Part shown: in pieces, positions 34,261 to 45,599 of the stretch
Numbering within the stretch: position 1 is the first letter of the stretch
How the letters are laid out: each line of letters begins with the position of its first letter
Assembly: GCA_002269645.1 (NCBI GenBank)
Contig: NIVC01000482.1
Span: 248,001 to 312,000, forward strand
Direction: 5' to 3'
Length of the DNA stretch: 64,000 nt
From: Macrostomum lignano
Lineage: Eukaryota
Translations under genes and position numbers: made by a program
The notes under the pieces: generated by a model
What the model saw: only the letters and a program-made list of their open reading frames with translations
Told to the model about the DNA's origin: nothing
Database searches by the model: none

Positions 34261-35056
34261 AGGTCGTGAAAAGCATGGATTATGATCAAATGCTACACGC
34301 CCTTAGGCGTTTTGTTGCTCGAAGAGGGATACCATCTGTAGTCAGTGACAACGCACGCACCTTTCGAGCCGGAGCTAAATTAATTGGTGCGCAAATTTCC
34401 GAAGCCTTGCAGGCGTTTTGTTCATCAAGGAAAATCAGCTGGCATTTCATTCCTGAGCGAGCCCCGTGGTGGGGAGGTTTCTGGGAGAGGCTCATTGGAT
34501 TAGTGAAGATGTCACTTAAGAAAGCAGCAAAACGTCAACTCCTAGACTTTGATCAGTTAGTGACTCTGGTGCTTGAGACCGAAGCAGTGGTGAACTGTCG
34601 GCCGCTGCTGTATGTGTCATCTGATGACAGCACCGAGGTGATCACACCGTCGCACTTTATTGCAGCGGGACGACTCACTCAAGAATCTGGCGGGGTTGAG
34701 AATGATGGTGAGTCGTTGCTGCCACTTCCAAGAAGATTATAAAGATGCTCATAGCTGCGCTAGACTGGTTTTGGCACCAGTGGAAAACAGCCTATCTTCA
34801 GGCGCTTCGTGAAAAGGCTTTGAAGGACCATCCTGAAAGTCGTGTACCACGTGTTGGTGAAATGGTTCTGCTCGTCGGGGAAGTCCACCAGCCGAGGCTG
34901 AGGTGGAGGCTTGGGTTGGTTGAAGAGATTCGCGTTGGCCGTGACGGTGCAGTCCGTTCGGCGGTCGTCCGAGTGTCGGGTGCTGGGAATTCCCGGCGCT
35001 GGGAGCGGGTGGGGAGACCAGTTCAAGCTTTGGTGCCGCTAGAGATTCAGTCTTAA
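34261..35056 (+). pseudogene. BEL/Pao LTR-retrotransposon integrase C-terminal fragment (core plus DUF5641-like tail)
   Basis: ALRRFVARRG..SDNA, WHFIPERAPWWGGFWERLI, EAVVNCRPL, ITPSHF, FWHQWKTAYL, WRLGLVEEIRVGRDGAVRSAVV, RPVQALVPLE; frameshift near 34740; 5' truncated. Confidence 0.92.
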
Positions 35057-35400
35057 GTCTCGTTTTTTTGCGCTTGGCTTCGGCTACTGAATTTTCAAAT
35101 TTCGTCGTTATATCGATAGTCTGTTTGGTTGATTTGGCTGGTTATGTTAAATTGCGTTGTTTTTTTCTGCGTTTGCGTTTAGCGTTTTTTTGAGATTTGC
35201 AATTCTCATCATTTTCCGGTAATTGGGTTTATTTTCCTTGAGAATCGTTCGTTTGGGTTATTGTTAAATTTGATTAATTTCACTCAATGTATCTTATTAC
35301 AATTGATTTCTACCATTATAACATCGAATATATTGTTAAAATTTGTGTTAATATTCGAAGGTTAATTTTCTGATAAAAATGCTTCCCATTTTTGGAGAAG

Positions 35401-37650
35401 TGTCGCGTTCTTTGGTGCATGCATGCTAGTGATGAGGACGCACTTTTTTCCAAATCCCGCGCTAGCACATGGGCTCTAAACTTACTAGCCTACTGACAGC
35501 AGGCTAAGGGCATTTTTATTCTTTTTCTGCGAATTGTCATAGAATCTATACTAGATATAATGTCTGGTCATAATAGTAGTCATAATAACATAGGCGCAGC
35601 TTTTTGGGTCATAAATCATCGCTTTCGAAGCTGGTCTGACAGCCACCTGCGCCTCACTCAGTGTTGAGGCGGGCGCCAGATGGTTTGAGAGGATGCGGGC
35701 GGTAGCTTTTTTCTCATCATTTTTGACAGGCCATCAAGATTTATGAGGTCAGAGCCTATTGTTCGTGTTCACTCAAGCGTGTGACAGCTTTGACAGCTAT
35801 GCGTTTTACCCCTAAAAGTACCTTGGGATTAGCGATTAGTGATTTCTCTTCATTATCTTCACTTTCTATTTAATAAGAGCTTTCTAATGTATGTTTTTTC
35901 ATTAATTTCTGTCAATCCTACGCGAAAAGTCATAAATCATTTTGTTGCGATTTTGATTGATTTATGGCCGCACCTGTCATCTTTTTACGACCCTGTGGGA
36001 ACTGATAGGATCTCCCGGTCACGTGATTCTGGGTAGCAACAAACTTAGCCAATCAGAAAATTCGGCGCTCATTTTAACAAAACGGCTCAGCCAATCAGAA
36101 TCGACGTGTTCCATTATAACAAACTGTGGTCCAGTTGGCGGCTATTTAAGCCGGTTTTTTTGGCCCGCTCGGACCACAACCGGCTCTCCCGCGGAGGAAC
36201 CTTCCCGACATTTCTGGTTCCCGGAGCCCGACCGTCGTTTCTTGATCCCCGGATTGCGACTTCCCCCTCATCATCAAGGACGAGTCCCCCGGTCATCAGC
36301 AGCGAACATCAAAGTTAAGATCATCACCTGCTAGCTATCTGCGAAGACTGTGACAGCATCATCCCGAGTCTACAGCTGCGAAGCATCAAGCCGATTCGGG
36401 CACTGTGGATTGCCTGGTCCTCCGGCTGTTAAGTTTCTGATTGGTTGGGTGAGAGGCTGCCTAGACTTGCTTGATTGGGTGATTCCTTATCTGTCCCCTG
36501 TTTCAGTAGCTGGATTAGGCGCACACTTTTGCTCATTTTGTTCAGTAGTGCTGTTGCTGAGGCAGAGGTCATTCAATAATACTGCTAGTAGTCTAAAACT
36601 CCAATTCAATCTGAAGTGTGAAGTGATCTGAGGAGAAGGTTAAATCTGACAGTTATTTTTATCAGTTTTATTTCTTTGTTCGCCGATGGCTCAGATGAGT
36701 AGCAAAGCTAGTAGGCGCCGGTCACAGTGGACCAATGGCAAGGCAGTTCTCAGTCGATCAATCTATCAAATCAGTTAGCGAAACTGCCAGAAGTGCAGAA
36801 TTGGCGCCAGAGATGTACTTTGTGCACTCTAGGTTAGCCAAGCAGCTCGGGTAATGAATCATGCGGTCTCTGAAGTTTGAGTTAGTCTATCATCAGCGCT
36901 ATGAGAGGCTAGTTGGCGCGTTGAAGGCCAAAAGTACATATCTTCGTATTTAGCAATGTAATAGTACATGTAGCTACCCCATAATCTCGCCACTGCAAGA
37001 ATCCCCTGCACAAGTCCCCTCTGTACCTGCATGGCCAGTGCGATCTAGTCCCAGCAGTGTCCCTTAACATCGGCTATGACTTCGAGATTGACAGCAAAAA
37101 GACACTAGTTGGCAGGTAAGTGCGAAGCCCCCTCTAGTCGGAAGCCCGATTTCGAGAGTCCCGGTGTGGTGAGCCAGGACGTACGGGCTGGTTGCAGCGA
37201 GTTAGTTGATCTGCGGATTAGCTAATTTCTACTTTCAAAATTCTCCCTGCTCGTCTCTCGCTGTCCCTCTCTTAGCTATAGGACCTAGACTGCTCGCCAC
37301 ACGATCAAGCTACCATGGGGCTGACCATCTGACAGGAGTGGGGGGCCAGGACTCTAATGGATTCATTTCTGAGACCTGAGGCCCGAAGGCTTCCCCACAA
37401 GGGGGCCGGAAGGTCGAAACCCATCACTAGTGGAGTGGTTAAATCTATTATCGATTTTATTACAAGCCTATCACTACCAAGCCTATCAAGCCTATTACAA
37501 GCCTATCACAGAATCGGCAGAATCGCCTCAGAAGCGCTGCTTGTTGGACGATATCGCCCAAATCTGCTTGCCCAAATATCGTAGATTCGCAGCACGCAAC
37601 AGACCAGGACGCGACTCTTCGAGAATTATAAATTATTGTTTACACAACTG
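35401..37650 (+). mobile_element. Candidate 3' LTR of the BEL/Pao element (right end uncertain)
   Basis: Purine tract GGAGAAG directly followed by TGT at 35401, downstream of the integrase stop. The right boundary is a guess at a TTTACACA near 37645. Confidence 0.3.
36015..36150 (+). promoter_or_regulatory. Pol II promoter-like cluster
   Basis: E-box GTCACGTGA, two GCCAATCAG CCAAT boxes and TATA-like CTATTTAAG in the usual order. Confidence 0.45.
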
Positions 37651-37749
37651 CCTTGAGAATTCCTGAATTTCACCATTAAGCCAACCGCCATGTCCCCAAA
37701 TAGGAAATTCTACAATTTAATAGGTGAACTCTTTCCTGCATCCAAACAA

Positions 37750-38710
37750 GAAATCTCCCCACAAATCCCGATACAGGTAGAAATCTCCCCCCCCACAAAT
37801 CCCGACACAAGTAGAAATCTCCCCCACAAATCCCGACACAAGTAGAAATCTCCCCCACAAATCCCGACACAGATAGAAATCTCCCCAAAAATCCCGACAC
37901 AGGTAGAATCTCCCCCCACAAATCCCGACACAGGTAGAAATCTCTCCCACAAATCCCGACACAGGTAGAAATCTCTCCCACAAATCCCGACACAGGTAGA
38001 AATCTCTCCCAGAAATCCCGATACAGGTAGAAATCTCTCCCACAAATCCCGATACAGGTAGAATCTTCCCCATCCCACAAATCCCGATGCAGGTAGAAAT
38101 CTCTCCCACAAATCCCGACACAGGTAGAAATCTCTCCCACAAATCCCGACACAGGTAGAAATCTCCCCCCCCACAAATCCCGATACAGGTAGAAATCTCT
38201 CCCACAAATCCCGATACAGGTAGAATCTTCCCCCCACAAATCCCGATACAGGTAGAAATCTCTCCCACAAATCCCGACACAGGTAGAAATCTCTCCCACA
38301 AATCCCGACACAGGTAGAAATCTCCCCCCCCTCACAAATCCCGATACAGGTAGAAATCTCTCCCACAAATCCCGATACAGGTAGAATCTTCCCCATCCCA
38401 CAAATCCCGATACAGGTAGAAATCTCTCCCACAAATCCCGACACAGGTAGAAATCTCTCCCAGAAATCCCGACACAGGTAGAAATCTCTCCCACAAGTCC
38501 CGACACAAGTAAAAATCTCCCCCCCCCCACAAATCCCGACACAGGTAGAATCTCCCCCCCACAAATCCCGACACAGGTAGAAATCTCCCCCACAAGTCCC
38601 GACACAGGTAGAAATCTCCCTCCCACAAATCCCGATACAGGTAGAAATCTCTCCCACAAATCCCGACACAGGTAGAAATCTCTGCCACAAATCCCGACAC
38701 AGGTAGAAAT
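37750..38710 (+). repeat. ~31-bp minisatellite (CCCACAAATCCCGACACAGGTAGAAATCTCT)n
   Basis: Directly visible. Confidence 0.97.
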
Positions 38711-39152
38711 GCCAGCAGTTCAAGTTTATCTTTCCTTTAATCATGAAATGCAAATGTTTTTTTCAGACGCCAACTTTACTATCAATTTATATTCTGAGCT
38801 CGATGGGTCAGTGTTGTGGTCATTCACAAATGACATTCAAAAAATTCAGCAAAGCAGACCTAGAATTAGTGAGCTTTTTATGCACGAGAGGAGTTCAGCC
38901 ATAACCCAAGACATCAATGGCAATAACAATCCGAAAAATTTCTATGTATTGTGTTGCTTTGTTGTAAAAATAAAATTTGTAAAAATTTCGATTTTGGTAG
39001 CTCGTAGAACAAACTTGCCTATAGTTCTGGCCATAGACGGCAGGACGGGGCTCGAGTGCCTGCTCGAGTCGAATTGCATCCGCGATGTTTTTCCTTAAAC
39101 CAGCTCAAAAATATTCATAGCCGCATCAGCCATACGATCAAGTTGTCCAACA

Positions 39153-41385
39153 ATGTCCATCGATCAGTTTCAATGCCCTACTAATGAGAATGTGAGCAAT
39201 ACGACTCTGCGAACCCTTGGTGACAGCGTCCTGTTCGACGAGATCATGCTGAGGGAACTGGAGGCTAAGCAGCAGCTCGAAAGCCAGTCTGTTGAGTCTG
39301 AGCAGCTGCGCAACGTCGAAATCGAGGCGGCGGCTTCGAGGGTTCTGGCTCTGATCATGGACAGCTCGTTCAAGCGAAAATATGGACAGGACTTTGCCTA
39401 CCCAAAGTCCATCCACTGCTACCTGTTCACGCAGCAGCCGCGCAATCATACCTACGCTTTTGAGGCCTTTGCTGCGGTTGCCACGGTCACACCGAATGCG
39501 TTGAAGCGTAAAAAAGAGGAGATGATCTTTCATCCCATGTTTGAGAATGTTATCGAACGGTATACCAATTCACGAGCTAAGCCAAATCCCGTGCTCATGG
39601 AGACTCGAAACAGCGAATTCTGCTACCGGCTGTCCATCCTGGTTGAGGCTGTGCCCATCAGTGTTCAGGTGACTTCGGGCTCTCCATTCGTTTTAGAATT
39701 TCTACCTTTAAAAAAGCTTTTTGCGACAGCTACTGCACTCCATTTTCGAGATAGTTCTAGAACCGACTATACTCAAGTCAAGACGTTTTTAGAACAGACC
39801 AGTCCATCAAGACCTTTTTAGAACAGACCAGTCCACCACGATGTTTTTACAACAGACCCGTCCATCAAGACGTTTTTAGAACAAACCAGTCCATCAAGAC
39901 GTTTTTACGAGTAGAACAGACCACTCCATCAAGAGGTTTTTAAACCTGCGAGGTACCATTCCATTATCAAGACGGTTTTATAGTCGTCAACTCCTATTGA
40001 AAAGCTTTCACACTATAATCACATTTAAATCAGTTGAAACTAAATTACGGCTCGTACATAAAGTATTTACTTAACCACACTAATTACGTTAGTCTGATAA
40101 ATGCACTCTGATATTCCAACACCCGCATTCCCAGGCGTCTTTGGGATTCGGCATGTCTAGCCTGCGACTAATTCGCCAATACGAGATCCTTTACTACATC
40201 TGGGAGACGTTCCGCCACGATCTCGAGGTCAAGAAGTGCTATTCAGACCAGCTAATCGGCATCCCCATGCCGTTCGAGTTTGTCAACGTGTGCGGCAACG
40301 AGTACGACTTCGAATTCTCCGAGCACTCCATCAACTACTACGACATCCGGGGCGCCTACGTGCCAGTCAACAGCTCCAGGATACCCGGCGCCGGCAAGGG
40401 CAAACCGCTGGGCTCGTTTCTCAGCTACATGTCCATGGAGAAGCTGGGGCCCAGTCTGGCCTACATGGCCGACTTGTTAAAATCGCAAAGGAAATGGTTT
40501 AAAATGTCTACTGCGCTGAAACTGTTGGACCAAATCCTGTGCAGGCTGATGGTGCTGCACAGGTATGGCATCATCCTGGGCAACCTGGACTTTCGATACC
40601 TGAACTTTGGTGTACGCGAGGCCATCAATGTGCTCTACGTCAGCAGTTTTGATTGCGCCGTTCAGGCGCCGACAACGCAACGACCGTTGAACTATTTCAA
40701 CGAGCGCTTCGCCTCGATTGGCGCATTGAAAGGAGTGGCGCATTTTGTCAATGACATTGAGACGGCTTTCTATCTGTTTCTGGCCATGCTGTCGCACCGG
40801 CTGCCCTGGGACCAGAAACTCCCAGTCAGCGAGACGCCGCTGACTGACCAGCAGACGCAGCAGCTTCAGCAGCCGCAATTCGACGGCTCCTGGGAAGTCG
40901 GCGGCAACACCAGGTATCAATCGACTCTTAGGACGCACCTAGACGAGAGGACCAAGCTGTGGGACACCACCAGCTGGATAGACCGCATGCTGAACTCGTA
41001 CACGCTCAGGAACCAGATGAAATCGCCAGCTCTTGAAGGCTTCGCTTTCGACATCATCCAAATGGTGTACCAGAAAACCAAGGAGGCCATCAGTTGCGCG
41101 TCGATTCCGCAGCAAGACTTCATGACCAATGTCATGACGCCGTCCACGACGGCAAACAACGCTTACATGGGCATTAGAAAGGTCATCGTGTCCTTCTTCC
41201 GTTTCGAAAGTCTCAGCAACAACCTTCGAGATGCCACCTGCCAGAACAAGGTGGACCAGCTGTTGGCCACTGAGGAGTCCGACGGCAGAGCACTGTGGGA
41301 CCTGAACAACTGGTGCTGGAATGTGTTCGAGACTTCATTCATGAGCAATGCTCGATCTTCAAGACGCAGCATCGTCAAGTTTTGA
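39153..41385 (+). CDS. Casein kinase 1-family pseudokinase, about 588 aa (exons 39153-39668, 40135-41385)
   Basis: CK1-like segments MSMEKLGPSL, ALKLLDQILCRLMVLH, RFASI, NDIETAFY, RLPW; phase-0 GT-AG intron; catalytic motifs degenerate. Confidence 0.75.
39779..39945 (+). repeat. 29-bp intronic tandem repeat (AAGACGTTTTTAGAACAGACCAGTCCATC)n
   Basis: Period 29, about 5 degenerate copies. Confidence 0.85.
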
Positions 41386-41843
41386 TAATGGAATCGCTTG
41401 GAAGTCTTTTACTGCCTCTGAGATGGACGAGTAATGTATATTCATACTTTCTGGTAGACTGTACCGTTGTTAAAGATAATAACGTACCAACGTACTGTAA
41501 ATACGTCAGCACAACTTCTGCAGATTGTCTTGAGAGTACAATTCAATGTGTCAATTTTTCATTGTCAGCAATTCGCTGATTGAGGAAGCAACGAACAACA
41601 ACGGTTCATGTTCGCTTTCCTTTTTAAACTTGTTTTCATACTCTGTATCCGCGTCTGTGTCTAGTGGTACCCGCACATATAAGCTCGGTTTTGTGCTCGC
41701 ATTGATTTTTTTAAATAAAGAAAATCAGCGTTATAACGTAAAATATAAATACGAAAATAACTACGTCGACTAAAACACCTGCATACTGGACTCGCGGATA
41801 GCGAAAAAAAAGAAGTTAATCCATTTTCTCTTTTTTTATTTAA

Positions 41844-41866
41844 TGCCTACCCTGTCTGCCTGTCTC

Positions 41867-41929
<63 letters not shown>

Positions 41930-41932
41930 GAC

Positions 41933-41963
<31 letters not shown>

Positions 41964-41964
41964 G

Positions 41965-42043
<79 letters not shown>

Positions 42044-42085
42044 ATGTCTGTCTGTCTTTCTCTCTCTCTGTCTGTCTGTCTGTCT
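41844..42085 (+). repeat. (TCTG)n microsatellite
   Basis: Directly visible. Confidence 0.98.
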
Positions 42086-42255
42086 TGTGTCCAACACTGG
42101 GCTTGGACAGAGTGATGTCTATGGCCAAAATGCTCCACTTTCGCTGCAGCAATGAGGAACAAATTAAGCATGACGTGAGTCGAGAGCATCTTGTGCAGTT
42201 GCCTGTGATGGACTACAGGAAATCAAAGTCAAATCTATTTATTTTTATACTATAG

Positions 42256-44410
42256 CTGAGCACACAAGCTCCGACAGCCACCACATAAATCTTAAAATGG
42301 ACGACATCACGTGCACGACGAAGGAGGTCGCACCGAATCACAAGTTGATATTTTTTCACAATGATACAAGGATATTCGGGGACTGGATTTCTCCGCCGAA
42401 GCCCAACTCCAAGAATGACAATCTGGCAAGTAAGTTGCGGGGAATTCTTTATCGGCCTGTATTTAAGGAGTGTCCGTTTATTGTGTGTTTATCATATGAC
42501 TTGTGTTTAAGGAGGGTGTGTTTATTGGTGAGACTTTCATTGAGGGATCGCAATTATGGGCTGTGGCCTGTGCTTGAGACGTTGCGCTTTTTTCGTGTCC
42601 ACTTCCTGAGGCGGTGTGTTTATTGAAGCAGTTTGTTTCCGGTCTGCGTGCCCTTCGATAGAGGATATCAAACATCTTGTGTTCTACACGCACTAGAGAA
42701 GCTCAGCCACCCGATGCACACCTTCTTCCGAGACGTCATCTTCGTCGACGACTCGGTATCCGTCAGCCGCCTTCGCCTGGCCCAGGCGCCCGAGGCCCGC
42801 GTCGAGCTGGACTTTCAGCTAGCGGGATCCTGGTACCAGCGGCTGCAGCTGGAGCTGGACGGCACCTGCACCTGGCCTGGAGACGATGGAAACTATGTTG
42901 TGGTGAGCCTAACGATGCTGAAATGTTACAGCCACCGATGCCCACCACACTCCCTGCCCCACCTCACTCCCAGCATCCCACCCCACTCCCTGCCCCACCT
43001 CACTCCCAGCATCCCACCCCACTCCCTGCCCCACCTCACTCCCAGCATCCCACCCCACTCCCTGCCCCACCTCACTCCATGCCCCACCTCACTCCCTGCC
43101 GCACCTCACTCCCTGCCCCACCCCACTCCCTGCCCCACCTCACTCCCTGACCCACCTCACTCCCTGCACCACCCCACTCCCAGCCCCACCCCACTCCCTG
43201 CCCCACCTCACTCCCTGCCCCACCCCACTCCCTGCCCCACCCCACTCCCTGCCCCACCTCACTCCCTTACCCACTCCACTCCTTGCCCACCTCACTCCCT
43301 GTCCCACTTCACTCCCTGTCCCACTTCACTCCCTGTCCCACTTCACTCCCTGTCCTACCTCACTCCTACCCCAGCTCACTCCCTGTTCCACCTCACTCCC
43401 TGCCCCACCTCACTCCATGCACTACCCCACCACCACCTCACTCCCTGCACCATCCCACTCCCTGCCCTACCTCACTCCATGCCCCACCTCCCTCCCTGCC
43501 CCACCTCACTCCCTGCCCCACATCACTCCCTGCCCCACATCACTCCCTGCCCCACATCACTCCCTGCCCCACATCACTCCCTGCCCCCTCACTCCCTGCC
43601 CCACCCGATCACTCCCTGCCCCACCCCCACTCCTTGCCCCACTTCACTCCCTGTCCCACTTCACTCCCTGTCCCACTTCACTCCCTGTCCCACTTCACTC
43701 CCTGTCCTACCTCACTCCTACCCCAGCTCACTCCCTGTTCCACCTCACTCCCTGCCCCACCTCACTCCCTGCACTACCCCACCACCACCTCACTCCCTGC
43801 ACCACCCCACTCCCTGCCCTACCTCACTCCATGCCCCACCTCCCTCCCTGCCCCACCTCACTCCCTGCCCCACATCACTCCCTGCCCCACATCACTCCCT
43901 GCCCCACATCACTCCCTGCCCCACATCACTCCCTGCCCCCTCACTCCCTGCCCCACCCGATCACTCCCTGCCCCACCCCCACTCCTTGCCCCACTTCACT
44001 CCCTGTCCCACTTCACTCCCTGTCCCACTTCACTCCCTGTCCCACCTCACTCCTACTCCAGCTCACTTCCTGTTCCACCTCACTCCCTGCCCCACCCCAC
44101 TCCCTATCCAACCAATCACGCTTAACCATCCCGGTTTGTAAAGTCATATTTGCTTTTAAGTACGCTCGTAATATTATCTATTTCCAAACACTTTTGATAT
44201 GTTGACACGCAGTGCAGAACCTATTGGAAGACGCGAAAACTGGTAGTGGTCATTGAAGACGATAAAAATTTTGAGACCAACGAGGATCGGGGCAGCGAAA
44301 ACCGGATGTTGGTCATCTCCGTGTCCGAGTCTGATGCGAGTCGGCTGGAGCTGGTGGGAATCTATTTGTCTGTCTGTCTATCTTTGTATCTATGTATGTA
44401 TGTATGTATG

Positions 44411-44468
<58 letters not shown>

Positions 44469-44631
44469 ATTCTGCTAAAAATTTATTCATTAAAATCTAC
44501 CCCTGAATGCACGGCAGTGGCTGAAGTGGAAGTACCGGGGCGAGTGCGAATATTATATAAAAGAATTCAAGCGGGTGACGGCCAAGGAGATACTGATGGT
44601 CGACCAGCAAACGAAGAAGTCCTACATCTGA
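42256..44631 (+). CDS. Multi-exon gene of unknown function, 5' end unresolved (exons ~42256-42429, 42697-42902, 44213-44353, 44518-44631; possible upstream exon 42111-42174)
   Basis: Four GC-rich non-repetitive islands joined by GT-AG introns in consistent phases (1, 0, 0), ending in TGA at 44629-44631. No family recognised. Confidence 0.55.
42940..44105 (+). repeat. C-rich ~17-bp intronic minisatellite (CCCCACCTCACTCCCTG)n
   Basis: Directly visible; source of spurious Pro/His ORFs. Confidence 0.95.
44365..44468 (+). repeat. (TATG)/(TATC)n microsatellite
   Basis: Directly visible, intronic. Confidence 0.95.
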
Positions 44632-44864
44632 GGCCCATTGTAGAAAACCTGTCACGTTGATTTTTACTTAAAACTTTAAGTAAATAAAATGTTTTTGGAA
44701 AGTCAAAAGGAAGCAGCATGGCCTACTACTTTCAGTGGGATCTCATCTCGTCTATGTAAATATTTTTACTTAAGAAATATATTATATAATTATATTTCCT
44801 ATGACGAGGAATGCTCATCTTGGAGTAGTACGTATAGCAAGTTAGCTTGATTATCTGACCTGCC

Positions 44865-45245
44865 ATCAATGCTTTGCCACACCTGACATCAATGCTTTGC
44901 CACACCTGACATCAGTGCTTTGTCACACCTGCCATCAATGCTTTGCCACACCTGAGGTCAATTCTTTGCCACACCTGAGGTCAATGCTTTGCCACACCTG
45001 ACGTCAATTCTTTGCCACACCTGACATCAATGCTTTGCCACACCTGACGTCAATTCTTTGCCACACCTGACATCAATGCTTTGCCACACCTGAGGTCAAT
45101 TCTTTGCCACACCTGACATCAATGCTTTGCCACACCTGAGGTCAATTCTTTGCCACACCTGACATCAATGCTTTGCCACACCTGACATCAATGCTTTGCC
45201 ACACCTGACATCAATGCTTTGCCACACCTGAGGTCAATTCCACAC
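44865..45245 (+). repeat. 23-bp minisatellite (CACACCTGACATCAATGCTTTGC)n
   Basis: Period 23 (44881, 44904). Confidence 0.95.
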
Positions 45246-45599
45246 GCATTTTAGGCACTAAGCATAGAAAGTTAATAAACTATGAAATGCTATGCAAATA
45301 TATAGCGAAATAATTCACCGAGTTTTGCTATTTCGCCACCCTTTGGAGGCTTCAAGCATAAAGGGTTAGGGTAGATTTCGAACATTTTCTTTGCACACAA
45401 GCAGAGCTCCAGTTGTTAAGCACGAAAGAAGAAATGAGGTGGCGAGTAAGGCAGAGCAAGAAGTCTAGAGCAGTTGAGCAATGTACATTGAGTGCAATGC
45501 CACGCATATAAAGCATTCCTCTATACTACTATACTAAAAAAGGCCTTTTGACAATCATCTTGCATCTTTAGAAGCAAAAAGGCGCCAAACAGGAAACAC

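Noticed and set aside
42903-44205. 502-aa Pro/His-rich ORF as an extensin-like protein
   Set aside because: Only 42697-42902 is exon-like; a GTGAGC donor follows and the rest is a 17-bp intronic array.
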